Source: Flaccisagitta enflata
Lineage: Eukaryota
Length of the DNA: 64,000 nt
Assembly: GCA_965153355.1 (NCBI GenBank)
Contig: OZ231126.1
Location: 31,124,001 to 31,188,000 of the forward strand
Direction: 5' to 3'
The notes beneath the pieces are model-generated. The model did not search any database. It was not told where the DNA came from and was given only the letters and a program-made list of their open reading frames with translations. This document shows, piece after piece, positions 16,467-31,517 of this stretch (positions within the stretch are counted from its first letter, which is position 1; every line of letters starts with the position of its first letter). A program made the position numbers and the translations under genes.

Positions 16467-19400
16467 TCATCATCCTCTTCTTCTTCCTCTAGATAATTCA
16501 GAAGCGCTTCCAGAAGCCGGAAACGATGATGGCGACGACGAAGACGACGACGATGACGACGACATCAACGTCCACATTGGCGCCATCAACTCGTCTCCGG
16601 CGGCAGGCGCCACCACGCCCAACTTCAACAGACGCTATTCCAAGGGAGGGGGAGGAGGAGGAGGAGGAGGAGCAAAAGCCGCCGCCACAGCCGCCGCCGC
16701 TGCCGCCGCAGCTGCTCTTGCTGTTGTTGATAATTCAGATGTGGTGGAAAAGCAGAAAACGACGATCGATTTGGCGGCGGAAGGAAATATTAACGGAATT
16801 CCGGTACAACCTGTTTCTGTGGTTGACTCAGTCGTTCGTTCATCTAGTCGTTCATTCATTCATTCATTCACTCATTCATTCATTCATTCATTCATTTATT
16901 CATTCATGCATTTATTCATTCATACATTCATTCATGCATTTATTCATTCGTTCATTCCTTTTTGGGCAGCGGCCCCAAAGGACTGATTTTGGCCCTCTTA
17001 GCCGTCAAATCAGCCCTACAGACCTCAAATCCGCCCTCCAAGCCTCAAATCAACCCTTCAGGCCTCATACTTGTCCTCTAGGCCTCAAGCCTGCCCCCAA
17101 ACCTCAAATCTGCTCTTTTGGACTAAATTTTGCTTTCCCGACTTAAAGTCCGCCTCAGGACGTCTCAAAATTCACCCCAGTGTCCTACAGGACATCGGCC
17201 CTTTGGGGCCGCTGCCCTGCTCTCACTCCACTACAGTATGTTTCAACTCGTTTGTAACATTATGCAACGGCATAATTCCATAAATAATAGAGATAATTTA
17301 ATTCTGAAAAAGATATCTAAAAAGTTATTTTTTAGCATTTTGTATAAGCAATTCCCGGGGATTTTCTATTGAAGTTTGATACTTTTCACACCCTGAGGAA
17401 GTTTGGGTCAAATTATGCAAAAAAGGTTATTTTTCTTCAATAAATGACATCAATTGACAATTTTCTCTCTCTATTTTCATAAACTACATCAAAATATTTT
17501 ATATTTAAAACCTATCTGGTATGCAAATCTTGAAATTCTTTCAAAATCGAAGCAACACTGGTAAACAATTTTTTTTCACTATACAACATCATAGCTTACT
17601 TTTCAAAGCACTATTTTTAGTTCATGACATGTTAAGGGGATTAGATTTTTCCAAAAAACCACCGGAATCAATCATCATAAAATGCTAAACTATTACTTAT
17701 GATATGCTTTTTTCAGAATCAAATCTATTACTTCTAGAGTTATGCCGTCGTATAATGTTACAAACCAGTTGAAACATACTGTACTTCACTTGATCACTCC
17801 AAGCAGGTTCATCGGGTACCGCTGACCATGTGCGATCCTTGGATGATTAGTGTCTTTCATTAGTTTATTCATATATTCGTTTGTTGGTTTATTGATTGAT
17901 TAATTGATTCATTCATTTATTAAATCACTTATATATTCATTGAATCACTGATTCATTCATTCATTCATTCATTCATTCATTCATTCATTCATTCATTCAT
18001 TCATATTCAGGTAAAGGAATTCGATTTGGATTCGATTTTGGACAAACCTTGGCGCAAACCGGGAGCTGATATCACCGACTATTTCAATTATGGCTTCAAT
18101 GAAGAAACTTGGAAAGCATATTGTACTAAACAACAGGTGAGCTGCAATTGCACACAGCCATTTGGTAATAAACAGCGGGGAACTAAATCACACAAAACTT
18201 AATGTATGAAGGAGGTAAATTGAGATCGCACACACCTCATTGTACGAATTACGAAACAGCGTGCAGCACATTACGGGACACTAACTAATAAAGCAAACAA
18301 CACATTTATAGTATAATTCAGTGAGACGGAATGCTAAATGAGCTAGGTGAGCGTTAAGAATCTAATTTGCATAATGCAGTCTTAGGTCTATTGTATTTTT
18401 TTTTAAAGCGCAGTTAAAGATTCAATTATCTTGCTTAGAAACGAATTTGCAATTTATTTCCTTTCATGTGGACCTAGTGAATATAAACCCTTTTGCATTT
18501 TCCAATGTACTCTACTCAGTTTTGAAAAACGCTCAGCGCACAACCGCTACGTTTTTTTCTTTATAATAGTCTGAGAAAAATTTGTTGCCATTTGTAGATA
18601 ACTGCATATAATACTGTCATTTGAAAATATCGCCATAATTCACAATATGTTTTTTAGTGGGTTGAACCCATGGTATTGACGTTAACATAATTACGCTCAT
18701 TTGATCATCGGTGCACTTGGAGACGCCCTGAAGCCCTACTTGGTCAGTCGCTCGATTGGCAAGTAGAGGGCCCTAATCTCGCGCAGGTGACTAGGGGCAG
18801 TCAGCAGTGTTGCAGGATTAGACAGGGGCAATGATGCAAAACCGGTCGCCCAAGGCAAATATGTGGTCAGCGATACCCGTTGCCCTACTTTCCATGGTTG
18901 TGAATCGGAATGAGAGGAAGCAGAGCAGCGGCCCCAAAGGGGACAGAGTTTTGTAGAACACAGGGGGACTTTCGCTCGTCCGTCCGTTTGTCTGTCTGTC
19001 CGTTTGTCAGTCCCCCCAGGCCCTCTCAGACCTTGAATCTGCCGTCTCAGGCCTGAAATCTGCCCTCTCAGGACTTAAATCTGCCCTCTCAGATCTTGAA
19101 TCTAAGAGGTCAGATTTAAACCCTAAGAGGACAGGTTTCAGGCCTGAGAAGGCAGATTTCAGGTCTGAGTGAGCAGATTCAAGGCCTGAGATGGCTGATT
19201 TCCGGCCTGAGAGGGCAGATTTCAGGCCTGAGAGGGCCTGGGGGCGGGACTAGTGAACAAACGAAGGGAGAACAGATGAACGGATGAACGGACGAACGAA
19301 AGTCCTCCTGTGTTCTTCAGGACTCCGCTGCCCAAAAACCGATCGCACTTATCCGAAAAGACTAAAGGACAGACCAATATTCAACAAAGCGGGTTATTAA

Positions 19401-22400
19401 ATAACGTCCATTGCGATTGACATTTATGTGGCGGAAATTGCAGTTGGAGTAGATTTTCATGTCTGACAGTTGGCCGTGCATAGATGAGATACTGATAATC
19501 TACGTATCTTTGAAGTCTTTTTATGTGCGTAAACGCATATCAATAGGATACTGTGTCCGTCGGTCTGCTGGTCGGTGTCGCATTCGTTCAATGGTCCATA
19601 GGGAGCCTACTTGGCCTTGTATCACGATACCCCAAATGTACATCGCTTTTCTGTATTCTTCTGTCTCACCTCCTTTGTATTTCCAAAGGTGGCTATCTCC
19701 TGCTTAAATGCTGCCCACTATTTATTTGCGGTTCTTTTTTCAGTTTTTTCCTTTCTGTTGCTCTTTTTTTCTTGGTCCATTTTTCCAAATTATGTATGGA
19801 TGATCATCAGCTTGTAGCAGTTTCTGCATAAGAAAATGGCATATGGACAAAAACACTGTACGTTTTGGTTAATCTAATTTTTTTTCTTTTTTTTTTCTTT
19901 TTAACAAATCTATGTCACTGAAGTGCAGATACAAAATCTGCAATCATAAGGAAACCTTTTCATCGATGTCAGCAACCTGATACTTTTGTCATTTGGATTT
20001 AAGGTCTTTACATAAAATTATGAATCATAGAAAAAACGAGCAGGGCTTTTTTCCAGATGGATAACTTTATTTCTCTGGAATACAGTAGAGCTTCATTAGA
20101 GCGCATGGCAAGGGACTGGGCTAAATTTAACAGTGAAGATGCCTCATTGCCAATATAGAAATAACTACTAAACCTCTTGTGGGACTGCTTTAATAGCAGG
20201 TGCGCCTTAGCAGCGCTGCACTGAATATTTAAAAATGTCTTTCCCCGATTTTACAGTATAATCATCCCATTTCTGTTTCATTTTCAGAATCTGCGTGTTT
20301 CCAATGGACTTCCTGCGATTGGTCACCCAAATTTCGCTCCAGAAAGAAATGCCATCTCCTCCACCAGAGCCGCCCCTACTTCCTTGATGGCGTAAGAATG
20401 CTTCCTTAATGGCGTAAGAATGCTTCCTTGATGGCGTAAGAATGCCTCCTTAATTGCGTAAGACTGCTTCCTGTGCTGATGGCGTCCTTACGGTTTACTG
20501 ATGTTCAAATGAAGATTTGTGGTTTTCAAGTTGGAAGAACTCCCTCATAAGACACGGTCTCTGGAAATTCGCGATTTTGACTGCCGCAGCCAATTTTTCA
20601 CTCAATAGAAAAATCAATCAAACACTTCCATTGAAGGGTCCAGAATATGTGGAAGTGTACACTAATCAAAAATTTGCATGGAAATCTTGTAGGGATTAAT
20701 TAAACAGTGTGTAATGTTTCCTTATACTACGAAAAATCAGACATTTTCTGGAGAAATTTCTCTTTTATCACTAGATAAGACCCCACGGAAAACTCTTAAT
20801 TTGCATAGAAAATGACAAACTCAAAAACACGGCCCTCGTCCAAAGACCCGTAGGAAGGAAGCCATGTTCTTGGAAATGCAAAAAAGCTTGTCTTGAAGCA
20901 GATTAAGAGTTTTCCTAGGACCCTCGTTAGAATTTTATCACTCAGTTTTCAGTAGAACCATTTCCTAATCCATTACTTTTCACTACTTTTGTTGTTGATC
21001 TAAGATATTTTTCCTACAAACGAGGGTTGAAAATGTATATCGATGTAGTTGTTGATCCAAATCAGCACAAGGAAGCAATATTGTAAATAGAGACTCAACA
21101 TGTAGTATGTTAAATTAACTGGCAAGAAAATCATGTACTCAAAAGAAGCGTGTCATAACCTAATCTAGACATCTACTGTACTTTTTTTTCAAATTTATTG
21201 AATTCCCCACCTTTTTCAGTTTACCTCATCTTATTCAGCGTCTTTTTCTTTTCTTTAACAGTGAGGCTGTGAGAAGTGGCGTAGGACCCAAAAAGCCTCT
21301 CGTCATTGACATGAATAAAATCAGAGAAAAGTTTAACATCCTTGGGGATCGTCCAACTACAGTACCAACGCAACAAAAACCCAGAAGAATGGTCAGTTTA
21401 ACATTGGACTTTTCAATTGCCGGGCTCAGAATTTTGATCAAATACTTCCAGCCAAATATGCCTTTAATTATTGCTTCTTTACTGCTCTTTGACGTTTGCT
21501 CACCCTCGCTGCCACTTAATATCTCTCACGTGCCTCCCCTTCACCCCTCTTTTGCTTAAATGGCTTGTTTCAAAAAGGGACGAAGCAGCGGAATCGAACT
21601 CGTGATCACGTGATCTTAAGTTCAATGACAATACCATTAGGCCATGGCATCTTACTGATTTTATGGGGAATGATGGTTGAGCGATCCTTAATGATCGACG
21701 ATCAGATCTAAAACGAGCAAATTGTTTCGCGAATCGAAATCATTATGACTATTTATCCGAACTTTGAACGGCCATAACTCAAAGACGAATTGACCGATTA
21801 CCTTGATTTTTTGCACAGAAAATGCTTATGAGTTATGACCTTGTCTACTATGGTGTAAATCATATCATGCAGAAACAGTGTGGACGCATTGTTGCCCAAC
21901 CGGGCTTGTTTGTATTACATGATACATACAGCGGCCGCGCGTTATGTGATAGTAGCGTTACAACCGTGCGTGATGCGTTTCAATCACATTTGACACGTCA
22001 CAGCTGTGAATGACATGATACAACAGCGTGTGTCATGTTACAACTGCGCATGACACGTTACAACCACCTGTAATGCGTTACAACCAAGCATGACTCATAA
22101 TGGCCACGCATACGTGTCACAGCTGCGCAATTTGTCTTACAGCTGTTATGCAACCTAATATATACATCTGTCATGTTTTTGTCCGCAAAATAAGCGACAG
22201 TGCAAAGAACGCATCATACAATTAGCAGGATGAGAAGAAAAAAACCCAAATGATTAGGAAGCGTGCACATAATCATGGCCACAGCTACCTAATCATGGCT
22301 TCCTAAACCTTTTCTAGGCTACAGTACAATGGGAGCAAAGACGACCTAGACTGGACGATAGATTTAAGGTATTATAATTTCATTTGATTTATGAAAAAAA

Positions 22401-25400
22401 TTTAGATCTATGTTAATTAAAGGCTGCTTTATTGCTTGAATATGTTAGCTTTTCTTATTCTTCAACTTGTGACTTGACTCTAACAGGACTTCATTTTTCA
22501 ACATTCTAACCTAGCCCATCAGATCGGGCTGAAAGTTTTATATTTTATTGAAAAAAAAATCACCTCAATCGGACTATTTTTACAGGTTTTAAAGCTATTT
22601 TTCAAAAAGAACAATTATTTAAATTAATATCTGGGCAAAGCTTCAAACTGGTATAAAAACTGTAAAAATGGTCCAATTGAGCTGATTTTTTTTCTAAAAC
22701 ATATGGAATTTTTTGCCCGCTCTGATGAGCTAGGTTATAACATCGAAAAATGAAGCCCTGATGAAGTCAAGTCACAAGTTTGAACAAGGTCAACAAACCT
22801 TAGTCGCCTGGTACTAACGGTAGTAAAGGTAATAAAGGTAATTAAGGTCAATAAGGTCAAAAAAGTAATAAAAGTAATGAAGGTAATAAAGGTAATAAAG
22901 GTGTAAAAAGTAAAGATAGTAAAGGTGATAGATTAAAATTAGGAACTTAAAGTACCTTGAGTACCCTTTATTACCTAATGTACCTTAAGGTACCCTAAGA
23001 TACCCTTAAGTACCTGCAATACCCTAAAGTACCCATAAGTACCCTAAATTAACCTGAAGTACCCAGAAGTACCTATATTACCCTTGATACCTACAGTACT
23101 CTATAGTACCCTTAAGTACCCTAAAGTACCCAAAAGTTCCTTTAAAATGATGATTTAAGCTATATTTCGAAAAGGTTACGTGACGGACAGACAGACCAAT
23201 ATAGCGGCTTCTAGAGTCGCGTTCAGGCAACTAAAAATGAGAAAAGCCAATATATTCAAGCAATAGAGCAACCTTTAATTAGTATAAATCTGAATTTTTT
23301 TACATATCAAATGAAATTAGGATACTTAAAATCTATCCTCCAGTCTAGGTCGTCATTGCTCCCGTCGCACTGTACCCAATCCTGGTATCAGCGACCTCAT
23401 CCCGGCCTCAGCGAATTTATCCCTGTCTCAACATGTTATCCACTGCTATAACAGGTCGCCCAAGTGCAATATGTGGTCAGCGATACCCCTTGCCATGCTT
23501 TGCATAATTGTGAAATGGAGAGAGAGGAAGCAGGGCAGCGGCCCCAAAGGGGACAAAGTCCTGTAGAACACAGGCACAGGGGGACTTTTGTTCGTCATTC
23601 CGTCCGTTCCCCCCAGGCCCTCTCAGGCCTGAAATCTGCCCTCTCAGGCCTGAAATTTACCCTCTCAGGCCTGAAATCTGCCCTCTCAGGCCTGAAATTT
23701 ACACTCTCAGGCCTGAAATCTGCCCTCTCAGGCCTTGAATCTGTGAGACGAACGGAATGACAAACAAAAGTCCCCCTGTGTTCTACAGGACTTAGTCCCC
23801 TTTGGGGTCGCTGCTCAAAAAGCAATCTAATCTTTGCCTCAATGACCTATTCGCGGCCTCAGCGACCTACTTATGGCTTTACCAACCTAATCCTGGCCTT
23901 GGCGACCTAATCGCGGCCTCAGCAACCTATTTGCAGCTTCAGAAACCAATTCATAGTCCCAGCATCCTAATTAGTCTCAGCAACCAAATTGCGGCCTAAG
24001 CAACCTTATCGCCACCTGTTGATGAAACAAGAATGTAGGATTTGCAAAGAAAAAATTCACAAAATTACGCTTCCTTCATTTAACGTTGGTGTATAAAACA
24101 AAGTCATTAAAACAATCTAAAAAAGACTGAAATTAACAGGCAAATATTAAATTTTATTTGATCGTTTTGCTGGTGTTCTTTTTGTTGTTGCTGTTGTTCT
24201 TATCCATGACTGTCCCTCTCCGTCTTCGTTATTTGTCTCAATGGTCGTCATTCTTATCCTCCATTGCCATTGTTCTTCTTTCTCATCATCTTTGTTCGTT
24301 TCCTTATTTGTTGTTTTCTTCTCCTTTTGCTTGGACGTCCTTCCCCTTTAACGTCGTTGTTCATCTTCGTTTTTGTTCTTCATCGTCGTCGTTCTTTTCC
24401 TTCATCGTTGTTGTTCTCTTCCTTCATAATCATTGATCCATTCCTTCGTTGTCGTTCTTCGCCTTCGCCTTCGTTGTCATTGTTCTCCGTCGTCACTTTT
24501 ATCCTCCATTGTTTCTTCCTTTATTTGTTTTTTTCCTTTGATCTTGCTCTTCCTTTGTTGCCGTAGTCCATCTTCACTCTTTCCTCTGCTTTTTTTGGTC
24601 ATCAATACTGGACGTCTCAGTGTCATTCGGCGTTACATCGTCTCTGGAATGTATCATCGTAGTAAATATCAATATAGTGCACAATTTAAGCAAGTCCTGA
24701 CGTCGTATTACCCTTTGTTAGAGCAGTATTAAACTACAACTACATGACTTACTTTTTTCCAAACGCTGGGAGATCAAGGATATTAATCTTACCTCAATAC
24801 AAAAAATTCCTGAAGTAGGAAACATTTCTCGCCGTTTCTCCACCAAAGTTCCCCGATAGGTCCAACAGAAATCAAGTTATGAAAAAAAGAAGAAAAAAAT
24901 AGAAATTCCGATCAGAGTCTTTGCAGTAAATTGACGCTTGCGGATATCAGATTCATCTACAACCATTTTCTCTTGATCATTGCTCGAAATCCCTGATGCC
25001 ATTGTCAACTTAACTCCTTGTTCTTATCTTTATAGCTTATCTTCTCATCCTCTCTCATGATCTCATCGCATCTTTTGAACATAAAGAAACTGTCAGGAAC
25101 TAGTCCAAGTCGGATTATTTTTTGCTTCATCATAGAGTGAGGCTCATAAAAAAGTTTCCAGTTTTGTCATTAACATTTTGCAGGTTTTATAAATAATAAA
25201 AATAATTCATCAGTGAGATTATTGAAGGATTTTTTATTTTCGTCAATTTGAGTCTAATCCCAGATTTCTATAGCTCTTTCCGTTTAGGTGTGACATTGAT
25301 TTGAAGTAGCACATATCAAAATTGCTTTGGGAAAAAGGAGCAAAAATTTGTGATATTTTGTTTTATAGATTACATGACTAGTTAACTTTAAACTTATGTA

Positions 25401-28400
25401 ATTTCAAAACGAATCAAGTCACAAACTTCTGCTTGGTCTAGATTTGTAGAGTTTTTGAAGCTCTTTAAAATAGTCATGAATATGATTTATGAATCATAGA
25501 TCGTTTTCAATATATTTAAAGAAAACAAGATCAACCTTGTGTTCTGTCAAAGGCTGTTCGCTTCTAAGCATAAGTAAATGGCTTATCATCTTTGTACTTT
25601 TATAGTTCTTTAACAGTTTGAGTCACATAAATGAGGTTGGACTAGATTTGTAGAGTTTTTGAAAAAAGTTTAAAAATCTCATAGATTTTAATTGTTTAAA
25701 GTGATTACAACTGAAATAACTAGCTTGTAAACAGCTGGAAACTTTTTTATGAGCCGCGCTGTAAACAGTCAAAAGATAAACCGGTGTTGATGTAAAAGAA
25801 CAAAAATAATCATTGATCAATGATTCAATAGTGCGGTTGCTAGTTGGCTGATCATCATGCCATAAGAAGTCAAAAATAGTATGAATGATGAGAAACGCTT
25901 TTGTCCCGATTATGGATTTTAAATAGTCACATGGTCCATGTCTGATTGCAGTTGTTGACAGATCAATTGACATCTATTTGTTCCTCACTTCACTTATTAT
26001 TTCAAAAAAGGATTATAAGCAGCCAGAAGCTGGTCCCAGTTCAATCGCCGTTATTGGTGGATCCGACTCCACTTCTCGGCGTATTCCATCCTCTCAAGAT
26101 TCTCTCCCTTCAAATCTCGGCATTCCAACTCTTGGGGGTGGAACAAAGCCAGCGTCACAACCATTTTTTCCGGGTTTGTCAAACAAATTTTGGGCTTGGT
26201 GTTTCATCAGGAGTGTTTGAAAGGAATTTTGTATTTAAAATTTTACACCCTAATTTTGATTGATGATGACAATGAGTAAGTTATAGGTACAGGGTCATCA
26301 ATCTCAACTGAAAAAAAGTATTAAGCTATTGTGTCTCAATGCTTCATTTTCATGATGTGAAATTGATTTTCTCCCTAAGTACAATGCTTGACGTTTTTTG
26401 TGTCAAAATTGCGTTGGTCTAGGTTAAATAGTTTGTCTACAGCCTCAATTTGAAGTAGTTTTGCTATTTCCAACTAAAGCAAAATTGAAATATTGCTTAC
26501 AAGAGTATTTTTCTTTAAAATGCTCTCATTTCTAAGCCATTAGAGCTACAAATGCCAGATTGGTCTCAAATGTAAGATAATTTGATGTTGTTTTTCACAA
26601 TTTCTTTGATAGGTTAATGAATTGGCATTCAGAGTAAGTTTCAAGTCTTAAAATCGACTTTTTGGACAAAATTCCTTTGATTTGTGGATTTTTTCAAAGA
26701 AAGTATGACAGAAAGGTTAAAGACAGTGTTCCTCTTTTTGAAAGCTAATGATATATCAAATTATCTTTCATTTGAGACCAATCTGCCATTTGTAGTTCAA
26801 GCCGTTTAGAAGTGAGACCAATTCAAAAAGGAACTACCTTGTCAAACAACATTTTCCCTATATTTCACCCCTTAGACTGCTCATACTTCAAATTGATATA
26901 AAATGAAAAATATTAGACCAAACTCAATGAAATTTTGATACAAAAAACGTCAATCAATGCCCTTTAAGGAAAAATTGATTTCAGATCACTCAGTTTACGC
27001 ATCTCTGAGAAAAAGCTTAAAAGATTTTTTTCAAACGAGATTGATGGCTGTGTATCAGAATGACAATTTTATAATTTCATCAATGACAATCTCCATGAGT
27101 CCATGTCATGAATACAATTTTTGTTTGTCACAAAAAACGCTTAGGATTTGGACATCCTAATTATTTTTAGTCGCATGCTACACAACTCTACACCCTGCTT
27201 TGTCAGTCTGTCGGTTGGTTGGTCGGTAAGTCTGTCCCCTTTTTGGGCAGCGGCCCCAAATAAGTCGATGACCTATGCTTTCACAGAGGGGAAATTTCTC
27301 CTTCTTCTCCTCTTTTGTACCCCCCCAACATCCAGGCCATATCTCAGCCTCAAGGCCCATATCCCAGCCTTGAGGCCCAAATCCCAGTCTTGAGGCCCAA
27401 ATCCTATCTCAAGGCCAAAATCCCATCTTTGAGACTCAAATCCCAGCCTCAAAGGAGGGGGGGGCAGAGGAGGAGGAGGACATTACTGTCTGACAGCCGA
27501 TCCAGGGTAAGAATGACATTACGCTGGGTTTTCTTGCAGTTTTGCCAAATTCATATGTGTACAATACAAGAATAATCGAGAGGAAAATCTCTACTGGAGC
27601 GCTTTTTCAGTAATTCTCAAAATCAGAAAAAATTAGACCCATTTTCAATGCAGATTCTACTGGGGTGTGCTGACTCAATTTTTGATTCCATATTGTTAAT
27701 CTAGGCAAAATTCCCTATTATTTGATAGGTCGCACTCTATACTTTTGCAAAGAATTTAAATTTTCATTTTTTGAGTCACTGTTACAGAAATGTAACGGTG
27801 CACGGAGGCCTATTTAAGATTGGGACCCGTTTGTACCATCTGTCTAAAGTCTGTGAATGAATTGATTCATACTTTGGTACATAGAGACCGCCCTTATAAT
27901 TGCAGGAAAGTGCAATGAAAACAAAGTACTCTCACTACCCCTGCAGCTTCTCCTGTCTCTCCTGTCCCTCTGCTGCCTTTTGACCCCGTTTTGTTGGGTG
28001 AAATTATCAATGAAAGATGCGATGATTAATTTCCAGCATGCAATGAACAGATATTGCAACTTTTTTCCATGTGCAATATCTCCTAGAGTGATAAAAAGTG
28101 GATCGCCAGATTTTAAACTTGGAATTGTTATAGCTTAAGCTACAGGTAGAGCCTAAGTTTTCCATGGCAAAAGGCGGCAATGGATTTTTTTTCTTTCTCA
28201 GTAATGATATAAAGAGGAAAACAATAGTTTAAGTTACTTTCTGGGTAATGCAAGATAAAGCACTATATAAAACCGGTGCAGATCACTTTCTTAAAGGCCT
28301 TTCTAAAGGTTCACCAATCAAAAAATGACATAAGAAATTCACTATTTATTCGCCTAATCACTTAAAAAACGCCCTTAGTGCGGTGGCTCAAAAAAATGAA

Positions 28401-31400
28401 AACTTTATTTCTGTATTAAACCACATAGTGTGATCTATCAAATGAAAGAAAATTTTGCATAGAATAACAATATGGAATAAAACAAGGCCAACATCTATAA
28501 GTCATGTGCGAGACTTACAGATTGACTTAGAATGACTTAGAAAGACTCAGCATACTCTTGAATGACTTTAAATAACTAAGAAAAATAAAATTGATAAGTA
28601 AAAGTGTGACGGACCAACCAACCAACCGACGGACGGACGGACGGACAAAGCGGGGTGTAGAGTCGCGTGCACGCGACTAAAAATGAGTTGATACAACTCA
28701 CAAGAATCTGCATTACCACCACCTTTCCTGTAGGTGAAAAATCGAGTTTTTTTCAAAAAGTGCTCCAGGAAAGATTTCCCTTTTGATTTTTCTTGTATTG
28801 TATACATATGAAATTGGCAAAACAGCAAAAAAAACAAAAAAAAACAGAGTAATGTCATTCTTACCTTGGGTTGGCTGTCAGACAGAAGTGAGGAGGAGAA
28901 GGAAAAATTCCCCCTATGTGAAAGCATAGGTCATCAACCCCATCGGGGCTGCTGCCCTGCGCCCTCTTCAACTTCAAGCTCAACCTACATAGGCAGGGCA
29001 CGGGTACCGCTAACCATCAAACGCTTTTGCGACTATTACTTTTTTGCCTTTTTTTAGCTTTTTGAGCTCCTTCCTAAATGCCATTAAAAGTCATTATAAG
29101 TCATTGTAAGTCATCATTTTAAGTCATATTGAGTTATATAAAGTCAGGTAGTCAAGCAGGTCAATGTATTCATTTAAGTCATTTTAAGTCATTTTGAGTG
29201 ATCTTAGGTCATTTTAGGTCATCTAATGTTATTCATGTCCCGCCTACGACTTAGATGTGTTGGCCTTGTTATTTCCTACTTCAGGATTAGACATGTCTCG
29301 GCCTCCACCCGGATTCCCTCCGATGGGTGGCCCCATACCCACTGGTCCTCCTCCTTCTGCTGCTCCTCCTCCTCTAACTGGCCCACCTCCAGGTTTGTGT
29401 GAGAAGCACTGCATTGTTAGAAATAAATTTGTGACTACTTGCTGAGGGTAGAATTATGTTATGTTTTATGTTCAAAGCAGTATCATGTATAGATTGTTGA
29501 TTAAAATCTTTTTTATGATATGACGCACTGAAACTAAAGTAGTAGGAATTTACCCATAGAGCAAACTAACCAATCGCATATGACACGCTTGGCGTGATCG
29601 TGGGATATTTTTGCCAGTTATATTTTAGCACTACTTATGGGATTTTCTTTTACAGTATTGCCTTCCTCTGCTGATTATGTGCAGCAGATGTTCATATTTT
29701 GAAAATTTTCCGAGGAGCAAAATTTCCTCACATACAATTTCCGACACCCAGATTTATTTTTAGACATGTCCCTTTGTCCACATATGTCTACAATGTCGGT
29801 TGGCTGGTAGGTCAGTTTGGTTGCTAGCGTTTGCCAAATTTTTTTTCCCATCAGGTACGCCATCATGCATCAATTTATCAATTTATCAAAATTCTTAATC
29901 TGCTTCCAAATGAAATTTTTTGCATTTCCAAGAACATGGCTCTCTTCTTATGTGTCTTTGGACGAGAGCCATGTTTTTAGTTTTTTGAAAAAATCATTTT
30001 CTATGCAAATCAAGAATTTTTTGTGAGGCTTGTCTAGTGATAAAAGAGAATTTTTTTCAGAAAAAGTGATATTTTTACCCTCATATTGATACCGTTTACA
30101 CTATAAATCCCCACAATATTTCATCCCCACAATATTTCCCTACAATATTTTACGATATTTCATCCCTATGATATTTCCATACAAATTCTCAACCAAACTA
30201 CATATCCACATGTTTTGGGTTGCTCAATGATGGTGTCTGATCGATTTTTCTGTAAAGTGAAAAACTGGCTGTGGCAGTGAAAATCTCATATTCAAAAAAA
30301 CCGTGTCATAAGCATTTTTATTTTGGTCAATGCATGCATAATTTTTTTCAAATTCTAGTATGTTTAATTATACTAGAGAAATGGTCTGTTCCTGCCACAT
30401 GACAGAAAGAGAACAGGAATAAAGGAAATTCAACCATGAAGTTATGAAAAAGTGAAGATATAAGTTACAATCGATTTGTTTTTTGCTCACACAGAATTCC
30501 AAATTTGCATTGAAAGTTAAAATTCCAAAAAAATAAGAACACAGCGCGCTCAGTAACTGAGTTGGGAACCGCGCTATTTTGTTGAGGTTTTGAATTTCTA
30601 TGCAAATTTGGAATTGTGTGTAGGACATGGTACAACAACAAACAAATTTTCATTGTGTTTTGTCTAGTTTTTCGACCATAAAATTTATGATTTGATACTT
30701 GAATTGATAATGTCTATCCATGCAAAATACATTTATTCATATATCAATTGATAACATTTGAGCAAAAAATTTCATTGAATATGATGTTTTGAAAATCATG
30801 ATTTATCTGACTTGGGCAGCTAATTCTGTGGTAATTTTCAGTGCGTCATACCATACAGTTACATTCTACTTTGACACAACGGACCCAGGAGAAATAGAAA
30901 AATGCCTACAAACAATAGTACATCTCAATCCTTAAAATGCCTTTTCCCTATGTTGGCATTTGGCAATCACAAAATTTTGCTTATAACTGATACATCCACG
31001 ATCATCAGGTTCAACAGTACTACGATCAGCAAACTGAAAATCAATCAACCAGTTGTTATATGTTAAGTATCGTATTGTCCACTGACTGTATTCATTCATC
31101 TCTTTCTCCTCTCCCATTCCTTGCAGGTGGAATGGCCATTCCCTCATTTCCTCCCACTGTAGCAGCCGCCATCCCGCCTTTTGGAGCGCCACCTCCGTTT
31201 GCAGACCCCTATGCTCCTCCAGGCAAGGACAAGAGCTATTACAGTTGTCACACACGAAAAAGTGACATGATTGATATGAACAATATTACATGCATGTTCA
31301 CTTGTAGAAACTAAAATGTCCCTTGACTAAATATTTCTCAGGATCAACAATGCCAGGCTCATTCCCTCCTCCTCCCATGAGTGGTCCACCAGGTTCTTCG

Positions 31401-31451
31401 GTACCAACAGGATGGCCACAACAGTTGCCTCCTGCGGGTAAGAGGGGAAAC

Positions 31452-31517
<66 letters not shown>

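Noticed and set aside
23464..23825. LSGLKS-repeat protein
   Set aside because: Translation of a 21-bp minisatellite inside a dispersed repeat.
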